A stretch of 64,000 bases of DNA, taken from positions 4,119,668 to 4,183,667 of the forward strand of contig MU057887.1 in the NCBI GenBank assembly GCA_013265495.1. The letters are read 5' to 3'. A program made the translations under genes and the position numbers. Below are positions 1 to 9,600 of the stretch, in pieces. The DNA comes from Vicugna vicugna (lineage: Eukaryota). Position 1 is the first letter of the stretch. Each line of letters starts with the position of its first letter. The notes beneath the pieces are model-generated. The model was given only the letters and a program-made list of their open reading frames with translations. It was not told the origin of the DNA and did not search any database.

Positions 1-1602
1 CACATGGCCAATGGGGAGGTGCATCTCCATCCTCTCAAGGTCTTTGGATCCCAAACTTAACCAGGAGGCAGAGCCTGGGACAGGGACAGAATCAGGGCAG
101 CGTCCAGAAAGCTGGCCTCCAGCTTGAGGTCCACCTTAAGGCAGGGCCCCTTACATCCTTTACTGCCATCTGATACACTGGGCAGGGGGTGTTGGGAGGA
201 GCAGGTAGGCGAGATACCTGAGGATAAGCAGAGCCCAGGCTGGGAGCCAGGGGTGTGCCTTGGCCAGCCTGCTGCCTGAGTCAGGGAGCATCTGTGCCCC
301 AGAAGAAGAAACAAGCATGTGTTGTGGGGGGCCTGCCTCTGTCCCAGGAACTCCAGGCTCTTTTTCATGTCTGGGCCCTATCTGGCATCTGTCCCAAGAC
401 TGACTTACTCCTCAGCTTAAGTGAGAAGAAGATGCAGGAGACACGGCTTGTCCCTGGGAAACCAAGCACTGAGAGGAGGCCAGGCGTATGCACCCCCAGA
501 AGCATCTGCACACAGGCCTGGAGGGGCCCGAGTCCTGGCGAGGAGGGGTTTGGATGAGGGAAGGCCGAGAACTGAGATATCTGAGACGCCCAGGATGACT
601 CCCAGGCTTTCCACAGGGCCCAGTGATGGCAATGGGAGCCGGTGTGAGTGGCACCTGGCAGTCAAGACTTTCCAGAGGGCACAGGGGGAGGCCCAAGAGG
701 CCAGGCCAATGAGGAGGGAAAAACAACTTTTGGATTTTCTTTATTTCGTTCATTTTTTACTCTTGATATCTCTGCTGAACTCGGGGTAAGAAGGTCCAGA
801 GGCTGCTGGACGAGGGTGTGGGAGGCTCAGCCTTGGCCTCTCGGGCTCTGCTGTGGACCCTGGGAGGGAACAGTGCTAGCCTCCACTTCACACGTGTGGT
901 GACGGGAGGGCACAACTTCCTCAGCAGCCCATCCCTGTGCTGGGCAGGACCGATGCCCCTGACCCCTGCGCTCCCTCCTCAGGGAGACCAGCCCCCTCCT
1001 CTCCTGTTAGCTCACAGTGGAATGGTCTTCTCAGGTTTCTGGTAATTTCATCAGGGCTGCATCATGTTGCTGAAACTACAGATAACATCTTCCTGTGGGT
1101 AACTCTTCCCTGCCAGAGCCCCCTGAGGCTGGACCCAAGCTCAGAGGAGGGACACGGTGGGTGGGGGACAAGCTTGGTGGTGTGAGGTCTGTTAGGCAGA
1201 AGCCAGTTGGCTGGGATGCCCGAACAGTGTTGAGAAACACTGCCATTTGCCACTAGAACCTACGGAAAAAGAGAAGGGGCAGGAGCTTGGTGGGGGGCCT
1301 GAGCTCCTGGAGCTGCTGTCGACTGTGTTGTCTCCTGACACCTCCAGCGGGGGGCCTCCTGACAAACCCCCAAGCCCAGGCACAGACACAGAGACCCACC
1401 CCTCCCAGAACAGCAGAGCACTGCCCCAGCCCAGGTCCACCTTAACTGGGCAGCCCTCTGGGCGGGGCAGGGTGCGTCACTGATGCCATCTGCATGGAAA
1501 GAGCCCCGGTGGCGCCCAGGCCTGAATCAGGAGTGGTGCATGCAGAGCTCCCGGCCTCCAGTCTCTTGCCTGGCTCCTCACGCTGGATCTGCGGCCCAGA
1601 CC

Positions 1603-3333
1603 ATGATCCAGGGCGCCTCAGAGGCTGACGGCCCCAGCTGGGGCTGGGACGGGGACGGGGACGACGACTGGGATGGCGCCGTGCTGACCCTGCTGGCGCT
1701 GGCTGTGGTGGCCGCCACCGCACTGGCCTTGCACTGGTTTGGCTCTGGGCAGGACCAGGAGGCAGCAGGACCAGCGTCCACAGCCCCTCGGACCCAGACT
1801 TCTCAGGTGGGAGGAACTGGGCCAGCCCTGCCCCCAAAGTCCAAGGTCAGTGGTGGCATCAAGGGGCCCAGCTCAGGGCAGGGGAAGTCAGAGCCTCCAG
1901 GATGTGGCCAGGGGAGCCTGGCGGCAGCAGAGACACAAAATCAGGAACTCCTGGGAGGTAGAGGTCTGGCTGCCACAGCCGCACCTCCACCCAACACACG
2001 TGGTGAGGTGACCAGTGGAGGGGCCTTGGGACAGCAGCATGGTAATGCCACCCCGGAAGCCCCCCGAGGAAAAGGAAGGGAGCCTCACAGGCCAGGTGCT
2101 GCCCTCCTGGGTAGGAGCAAAGCACAGGGGGCATCTACACCCCTCCTGATACACTTCACCCCTCAGAGTCCTGGCAGAGAAGTAGAGGTGCAGGTGAAGG
2201 CAGGAGGCATCCGAGCCAAGTCACCAGCTCACCAGGCCCCAGTCCACACAGTGGAACAGGACACCAGGCCCTGGCAACAAGGTGTAGGGTCACCTGGCTC
2301 ACTGGGGAGGGGCCCGGGCAGCTGGCGGTGGCAGGTGGGCCACAGCTCAGGAGGCAGAGCCTGCCTGGGCACTGTGGTGAGCGTGTGGGATGCTGTGGAT
2401 GCAGCCGGTAGCCTCCCTGCAGGCTCCCAGGGGCTCCGTTTCCTCCGGGAGCTGCCCCCATCACACACTGCACAGACTGGGCCCCTGAAGGATGTCTTAG
2501 AGAGGGGGCGTGGGAAGAGCAGACCCCAGCCAGCCCCAGTCCTAGCTCTGGACTCAGAAGCCAAAGCTGGTGAGAGCAGGGAGGCTGGGACCCTGGCCCC
2601 CAGGGAGTCTCAGGGGTCCCCAGCCTCCATGAAATGCTGGCCCTGGGCACGGAGGGAGGTGGTCATGAGGAGCTTCAGCCAGGCCCCAGGCTCCATTGGC
2701 CCATCACCAGAGGGGCCACAGTGGGGACGCCCACTCTTGTCCCAAGGGCAGGGGACCACAGAGGCCTGCAACGTGGGAGAAGCTGGGGCTAATGGCTCTG
2801 GAGACGACACTGTCTTCAGTTCAGGGCCTGGAGGGACAAACAAGCGAGGAGGCCACAGCATCGAAGGGAGAAGATCCCTGCAAGGTCAGGTGGCTGGTGG
2901 TTCCGACAGAGCTAAGCTAGCTCCAGACATCCGCAGCTGCACCCCTTTCCGGAGCCCCTTAGTCTCGCCCCCTCCATGCATCTCTAAACCCCTCCCACCC
3001 TCAGCTTCCCCATCCACAGCACATCCCCACCAAGGTCTCTTAGCTGTATCCCCAACTCTTCTGACCTCGTCTCCTTCAGACTCTTTGCCCCTCAGAGTTA
3101 ACCAGAGTCCTGCAGAGGATGAAAATCTCAGAGCAGTGCCAGCCCCTCCCCCAACTGCAGCGCCCACTCCAGCCCCAGCCCCTCCCACAGGTGCAGCCTC
3201 TCCTCCAGCCCCAGCTGCAGCCCCTGCTCCTGCACCAGCCCCAGCTGCAGCCCCTCCCCCAGCCCCAGCTGCAGCCCCTCCCCCAGCCCCAGCCCCAGAA
3301 GGTACACAGTACTCGGGTCAGAAGAATGAGTAA
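1603..3333 (+). CDS. KLHDC7B: KLHDC7B long-isoform N-terminal part (hydrophobic anchor plus disordered Pro/Ala region), ending early at TAA 3331-3333 (576 aa)
   Basis: ATG at 1603 (accATGa) gives MIQGASEADGPSWGWDGDGDDDWDGAVLTLLALAVVAATALALHWFGSG, resembling the recalled N-terminus of long human KLHDC7B; motifs PLLIHFTP and SVWDAVD present. In-frame upstream ATGs at 1483 and 1540. Confidence 0.8.
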   Translation: MIQGASEADGPSWGWDGDGDDDWDGAVLTLLALAVVAATALALHWFGSGQDQEAAGPASTAPRTQTSQVGGTGPALPPKSKVSGGIKGPSSGQGKSEPPGCGQGSLAAAETQNQELLGGRGLAATAAPPPNTRGEVTSGGALGQQHGNATPEAPRGKGREPHRPGAALLGRSKAQGASTPLLIHFTPQSPGREVEVQVKAGGIRAKSPAHQAPVHTVEQDTRPWQQGVGSPGSLGRGPGSWRWQVGHSSGGRACLGTVVSVWDAVDAAGSLPAGSQGLRFLRELPPSHTAQTGPLKDVLERGRGKSRPQPAPVLALDSEAKAGESREAGTLAPRESQGSPASMKCWPWARREVVMRSFSQAPGSIGPSPEGPQWGRPLLSQGQGTTEACNVGEAGANGSGDDTVFSSGPGGTNKRGGHSIEGRRSLQGQVAGGSDRAKLAPDIRSCTPFRSPLVSPPPCISKPLPPSASPSTAHPHQGLLAVSPTLLTSSPSDSLPLRVNQSPAEDENLRAVPAPPPTAAPTPAPAPPTGAASPPAPAAAPAPAPAPAAAPPPAPAAAPPPAPAPEGTQYSGQKNE

Positions 3334-3385
3334 CAGCCCCAGCCCCAGCCCCAGCTCCAGCCCCAGCCACAGCCCCTGCACCTGC
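3140..3385 (+). repeat. Coding low-complexity repeat (ccagcc / ccagctgcagcccct units) encoding the Pro-Ala linker of KLHDC7B
   Basis: Directly visible tandem ccagcc-type units; translates to PAPAAAPPPAPA... Confidence 0.9.
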
Positions 3386-3479
3386 TGGTGGGTCAAAGCT
3401 AGCATCTCAGGAGCCCAGTGCTCTCTGCAAGGGCAACCAGGAGGGGCAGTTCTCAACTAGCTGGGGAAACCTTATTTCA

Positions 3480-5303
3480 ATGGTTCTTAGGAGTCACCCC
3501 TTCCCCAGGCAAGAGAGGCCCCAAAGGAGAGCCCCAAGGGCAGCTCTGGAGAGACCTAGAGATCCTAGCACTTCCACACCCTCTGAGAACAAAGAGTCTG
3601 ATTCTCCCCTTGAAGAGGCTGTCCACAGCTGTGAGGACAGGCCAGGCTCAGCCGCACTGGTCACAGGGCCAGGCACAGGGGGCCTGGCTGAGGTTGGAGG
3701 TCAACCACAGCAGAGCAGTGTGGAGACCAAGGAGGCTCCCACCACAGGCCCTCCCTCAGGCCCAAGAGGGGATAGAGCTGAGGAGGACTGTCCAGACTTG
3801 CTGCTGCCCAGAGCCACAATGCCCAGGGCCCCCTCATGGCCACCTGCACAGACCCAGGCTGGGCCTGTACCATCCCCTGCTACAAGGCCTGTCCCCCGGC
3901 CGTGGAAACGCAGCGTGTGCGAAATGTCCGAGAACTCTGAGCAGGAGGTCAGCCGGGTGGCCTCAGGGCAACACCAAGCACAAGCGCCGGTGGGGGGGCC
4001 CAGCCCAGCCGGCAGCAGAGAGGTCCTCGTGGAGAAGCAGGAGGAGGCCCAGAAACTCCTGGTGTTTCTGCAGAGGCCTGGGGGCTGGGGAGTGGTGGAG
4101 GGGCCCCAGAAGCCCAGGTCCTCCACAGGGGACCCAGCTTCCACCACGGCAGTGGCTCTGCCACGGTGGCGGGACCTGGGCAGCTGCCTGGATGTGTTGG
4201 CCTTCGCCCAGCAGCATGGGGCGCCCGGCCTGGCCCAGGAGACCTACGCCTTGATGAGTGACAATCTGCTGCACGTGCTGGGAGACCCGAGCCTCTACCG
4301 GCAGCTGAGTGGTGCTGACCGAGAGCGCATCCTGAGCCTTCGCACTGGCCGGGGCCAGGCTGTGCTGGGGGTCCTCGTGCTGCCCAGCCTCTACCAGGTG
4401 AGCCGCTCGGGACTCACAAGGCACCCTTGTGCTGCCGAGGCTCCTGCGGTGGGGCCTGTGCCCCCGCCTCCCCACACATACCTGCACGTGTTCCACCTCA
4501 GAGAGAACACCTGGCGGCCCCTGACCCAGGTTCCCCCAGAGGTCCCGCTTCGGGGCTGCGGTCTCTGCACCCTGCACAACTACCTGTTCTTGGCGGGGGG
4601 CATCCGTGGATCAGGCGCCAAGGCCGTCTGCTCCAACGAGGTCTTCTGCTACAACCCTCTGACCAACATCTGGAGCCAGGTGCGACCCATGCAGCAGGCC
4701 CGTGCCCAGCTCAAACTGGTGGCCCTGGACGGGCTGCTCTACGCCATTGGGGGCGAGTGCCTGTACAGCATGGAGTGCTACGACCCGCGCACAGACGCCT
4801 GGACTTCCCGCGCGCCCCTCCCCGCAGGCACCTTCCCAGTGGCTCATGAGGCTGTGGCCTGCCGTGGGGACATCTATGTCACTGGGGGCCATCTCTTCTA
4901 CCGCTTGCTCAGATACAGCCCCGCGAAGGATGTGTGGGATGAGTGCCCCTACAGTGCCAGCCACCGGCGGTCCAGTGACATGGTGGCCCTGGGGGGCTTC
5001 CTGTACCGCTTCGACCTGCTGCGGGGTGTGGGCGCTGCGGTGATGCGTTATAACACGGTGACGGGCTCCTGGAGCCGGGCTGCCTCTCTGCCCCTGCCCG
5101 ACCCGGCCCCACTTCGCTGCGCTGTGCTGGGCAACACCATCTACTGCCTCAACCACCAGGTCACGGCCACCTTCACAGTCTTTGAGGGGACTGCCCAGTT
5201 CCAGGCCAAGGAGCTACAGCCTTTTCCCCTGAGGACCAAAGGGGTCCTCTGCCCATTCATCCTGACTCTGCCCCCGGCAGACCCGCTGCAGACAGAGCTC
5301 TGA
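3480..5303 (+). CDS. KLHDC7B: Kelch domain-containing protein 7B, C-terminal/short form (607 aa, intronless)
   Basis: Starts MVLRSHPFPRQ; Kelch repeats with GG motifs (LFLAGG, LYAIGG, IYVTGG; YNPLTNIW, YDPRTDAW). This frame is open upstream to 3330 and encodes ...QEGQFSTSWGNLIS before the Met. Adjacent to SYCE3 as in human. Confidence 0.95.
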   Translation: MVLRSHPFPRQERPQRRAPRAALERPRDPSTSTPSENKESDSPLEEAVHSCEDRPGSAALVTGPGTGGLAEVGGQPQQSSVETKEAPTTGPPSGPRGDRAEEDCPDLLLPRATMPRAPSWPPAQTQAGPVPSPATRPVPRPWKRSVCEMSENSEQEVSRVASGQHQAQAPVGGPSPAGSREVLVEKQEEAQKLLVFLQRPGGWGVVEGPQKPRSSTGDPASTTAVALPRWRDLGSCLDVLAFAQQHGAPGLAQETYALMSDNLLHVLGDPSLYRQLSGADRERILSLRTGRGQAVLGVLVLPSLYQVSRSGLTRHPCAAEAPAVGPVPPPPHTYLHVFHLRENTWRPLTQVPPEVPLRGCGLCTLHNYLFLAGGIRGSGAKAVCSNEVFCYNPLTNIWSQVRPMQQARAQLKLVALDGLLYAIGGECLYSMECYDPRTDAWTSRAPLPAGTFPVAHEAVACRGDIYVTGGHLFYRLLRYSPAKDVWDECPYSASHRRSSDMVALGGFLYRFDLLRGVGAAVMRYNTVTGSWSRAASLPLPDPAPLRCAVLGNTIYCLNHQVTATFTVFEGTAQFQAKELQPFPLRTKGVLCPFILTLPPADPLQTEL

Positions 5304-6385
5304 GTGTTTGCGGGAGGAACCTGACCTCAGTGCTGCTCTCCAGGGAGACACCGGGGCCTCAGGGGCTCTCAGGGCAGGTGAGGCCCAGGGAGGAGGCTGG
5401 GATCCAGAACTTTCTGCTGTTGTTTCTGGGACAACTTTCGTTTTCTGTTCTAATAAGCCTCCTGACCCCTTTTCCCTCCCCTCTCTTGAGCCCTCTCCGT
5501 GTCTAAGCCCAGGCTCCCTGCAACTGGGAGCTGGTCCTTGGTTCCCTAGACTGGTTCCTCACCTCCCGCCAAACCCAGGCTGTTTCCTGCCTTTATGACT
5601 TCCTTCCCTCTCTGGTCACAGCACCTCAGCTGGCTCACACACTCCTCCAGGCAGAGCTCTTCTCTCACAGTACCACCCCACTGCCTGGAAATAATCTGCA
5701 CGTGGGACTCCTTGGGCTCCGAGAACCTGATGTGTCCCCAGGGGCCAGAACTTGGCTCACCAAGGAGCTTGGGGACCCCTGAGCCGAGGGAAGGAGATGA
5801 CTGGGAACACATTCGTGTTCTGTCCCTGGGGCTACAGGCCAGGCAAGGAGCCCTCACGGGGTGGGAAAGGGGAACAAGGAGCAAAGAAGTCCCCAGGAAA
5901 ACATCCTTGCCTCCGGGACTGCCTGCCTGTCCCGAGGCCTCTGGGACCCTGCTTCGCTCTCCCCTGGAAGCAAAGCCCTCCTTTGTCTGACCTCAAGGGC
6001 CTCGAACCCTTGTCTGTGAAAGCATCCTGCTGCCCAGACCCCAGCCCAGACTGGCCAGGACCACTCAGCTCATGCCCCTATGCAGCCTTGTGGGGTCTCT
6101 GCCACCTGCTTAGCCCCTCCAGAAGCCTGCTCCACTTCCCACCAGTCCTTTTCCTAGGTGAGGCCTGGGTTTTGCCCTCGCTCTGTCCCTTCTTAGCTGA
6201 GTGGACTTGGATGAGACATCTAACATCCCTTCTCTTGTCTGTGAATCGGGGCTGGTGGACACCTGCCTCTCAGGAGAGCTGTGAAAACACAGAGACATAC
6301 TGAGCACCCAGCAGCGCGCCCAGGACACAAAACTGAATACATAATGTTCCCTCTCACCCACTTTGGAACTCCCTGTAGGAAGGTA

Positions 6386-6391
6386 AATAAA
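6386..6391 (+). terminator. Candidate KLHDC7B polyadenylation signal AATAAA
   Basis: Canonical hexamer ~1.1 kb after the stop, followed by T/GT-rich sequence at ~6430-6470. Confidence 0.55.
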
Positions 6392-6596
6392 TCCGACTGA
6401 AACCGCTGCCTGTTCCACCCTCTGACCTGGTTTGTCCCCAGCTGGCTTCTTTTTTGCTCTTTATTCTGTTTGGCACCACTGGCACTAAGTACATTTAATT
6501 CCTCAAGAGCATCTTGCACTTCTCATGTGTTGTTCACAAGGACTGATGTGCAGCTGGTGGGACAGAAAGGGTCCTCGGGCTGTGCTTGAAAATAGG

Positions 6597-6602
6597 TTTA
6601 CT
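6597..6602 (-). terminator. Candidate SYCE3 variant polyadenylation signal AGTAAA
   Basis: tttact on + strand, ~95 nt downstream of the SYCE3 stop on the minus strand. Confidence 0.4.
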
Positions 6603-6697
6603 GAGAAGTAAGTTCTGTGCCAAAGGCCATGCACTGGGGTCGCCGTCCCTCTGTGAAGCTTCTGTGCGCTGTGGTGCGGCTGGGTGGTGAGTGGGGG

Positions 6698-9600
6698 CTA
6701 CTGCTTGCGCTTGGTCTCACTGAGCAGCTCCTGCCAGTTCTTCTCCATCTCCTCCTTGCAGTTGAGGAAGGCGTCTTCCAGCCGCCGCATGGACTCCGCC
6801 AGCGTGGGGTTGGTGCGCATCACCACCATGTCGTAGGCCATCCACGTGGCCTGCACTGCAACAATCAGAGAGGCCCTGGTCAGGCCGCGGGGCGGCTGCA
6901 GCCCTGGGCCCCATGGAGGGCTGGGTGCCTCCAGTCGTGTCCAGGGTCCTGGGATCCAGAACCCCTGAATCGCCCAATTACTCTAAGGAGAGAAAGCTGG
7001 TAGGCCATGCGTTATACAGGCCTCAAAAACAAAAAACAAAAAACAACTCTATTAAAACTCCTCTACACAGAGCATTAATGACACCTCCTTAATCTCACAC
7101 AAGTCTCTACTTCACCAACACACAACACTACAAGGCTGAAGCCCAGACTGACAGTAAGTGTGAGGAAAAATTAGAGCAAACATACCTATCTGCAGCTCAC
7201 AATTGGTGGTTACAGGATGATCCCCCAAGAAGTCATAACACCCCCCCCCGCCCCGTGCACAGGTAGGGCTGACCACTCCCACTCCCGCGAGGCCCTGAGC
7301 CTCGGGCTACCTCATGCCGATTGGCCTGGGATGCCTGCCCACCTCCACCTGGGCACCTCTCTGCTTTCATTAAGGCCAGTCCAGGGACTCTTCCTGAGGA
7401 AGTTTGCTGTGTTCCACATTAGGCGTCCTTTGGTGCCCACCACTACACTGTGACCCACTTTCTCACTCATTCCCTTTGAGAAGAACTTGAGGGCAATGCT
7501 CCCTGGGCCTACAGGGGGACATGTGCTTCCTGTACAAATCCAGTGGTTGTGTGCAGAAGCCCCACCTCCACACCTTCCCTCCGCAGCTCCTGCGCCACTG
7601 GCATGGTTCCCCCTTTAGAACTGTGAAGAACGGGGTTGTCTCTCCGGGCAGTAAGTATATCTGCTTGAACTGCTTACGCCTGGCTGGCTACTCTGGGAAA
7701 CTATGTCCTTAAGGAAACTAAGCAAAAAAAGAGACAAAACGATCATTAATAAATGTACATGTATGTCTGCAGACAACTGAGGTCAGCAGCATGGCAGACT
7801 TGAAGTTCTACAGAAAGTGGCATCTGTTTGGTTAGAGAAAATTGTCAGAAAAGATCTGTGCCATACACCCCAACAGATACAGGGCACATGACTATACAGC
7901 CAGCACAAGAGTTCTCCAGTTTTTAGAAGCATGAGCGTCATCTGGAACACTCGTTAAAATGCAGACTGCTGGCCCCTCCCAGAACTCAAAGAGGTTCTTG
8001 TGTAGCAGGTTGGGAATGCTGCCCAGGAACCTGCATCTTAATAAGCATCCCGGGTAATGCTGCTGCAGGAAGCCTGCAGACCACCTGGATGGCAGGTGGA
8101 GCCCGGACCTGGAAGTGAGAGCACTGTGCTTCCCAGCTCCCCATCTGCTGGAATAAGTGGCTAAACTTACTAGCCTCAGTCTCCTCATACGTAAAGGACA
8201 GACAATGTCCTGATCTCACGGCTTTCTGTGAAGATTGAGCGGATGATATATGTAAACTGCCGTGCACATATTAGGTGCTCAGAAATAAGAAACTCTTACT
8301 AAAAAATAAATGAGGTATTCAGGGCAAGGAATTAGGGTGGGTTTAAAAAAAAACAAACAGCTCACAGAAATGAATGTCATATAGTCCGTCCTACACAGCA
8401 GCTGGAATTCTAGCCCTGAGTTTCCTTAGGCCAAAGCAGAGAAGGAAACATGCTTAGTTATACGACTCAGTGACCATAAAATAAAAACAAATCCATTGTT
8501 CCATTGTTTAAGACCCAAGAATTTTCCTATAGGCATAGCTTATGAGAGGTATGCAATATAGCTGAAAATGCCCTTGACAAATCCCTGCTCTAAATACAAG
8601 GAGACTCTTCTGTGTCTATAGTGTAACCACTGGTGAAAGAACCTGGTGGCACAGCAGCAAAGCACAGCTCAGAGAAGGCGGTTCAATGAGCAGCGAAACA
8701 CGGCACCAAGGCACAGCTCTCCCGTGACCTGATCCAAGGGAGAAAACCAGAATACACAGAATAGGACGGACGCATATTTAGAAAACTCTACAGAAATACA
8801 TGCTTCCTGAGGTTTTCGTTCATCTAGTGTTTACTGAGCACCTGCTCTGTGTTGGCATTTGCTAAGACAGCCCTGCCATACTGTACTACAGGATGGACAC
8901 ATCCTGCCCTCATGCAGTGTCTCTGCCAGCTGCAGTGGGAGGCGACAGATAATAAACACACAAGACGACTGCAGGTTGTGAACAGTGCTGTGAAGGAAAT
9001 AAGCAGTGTATGTTGTGACAGAGAAATGTGGTAGGAGAAGCCTTATTTTAGAGCAGGTGGCGAGGACAAGCCTTCTCAAAGGGCTTTAGGGAAGGCCTGC
9101 ACAGTAGCAAAGCCAAGGGCATAATCTCCAGAGGGACCTGAACAGCAGATATTCTGAGATGCTAATTAGGACTCACCCCACACACTCTGTGGCTTTACCT
9201 GCTGGGTAGGGCCAGGTCTGCACACAGAAAGAAATTTTAAAAAATGGTCAAGATGTGCACCTAGATGCCGGGTTCAGTAAAGGATGAAGATGAAGTGTTC
9301 CAAAAATCTGTATGGGAGAGCGGAGGACTATGGGATGCAATAAAGTGGATTTATTTTGAGCCTAAAAGGGGGAAGCAGAGAAAAAGGAATGAAACGAAGG
9401 CCAGCTGACCAGGGATAAAGAGATGAAGATAAGCCAGCCTGGAGTTTCCAGCCCACAGACAAACTCACATCACTTGCAAAACAGAATAATCAGCGTTGTA
9501 AAACGCAAGTGGTGACGTTCTATAGTCTCAAGTCTCGGGTCCCAGGTCCTTTCACAGAGGAGTTCTGCCAGACATTGAAAGAACAGTTAATTCTTATCTA

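Noticed and set aside
1..1480. Short ORFs or a divergent lncRNA upstream of KLHDC7B
   Set aside because: No recognisable protein similarity, and lncRNA exons cannot be supported from sequence alone.
3418..4254. 278-aa alternative-frame ORF in KLHDC7B
   Set aside because: Non-ATG start, GC-rich overlap with the true CDS, no recognisable motif.
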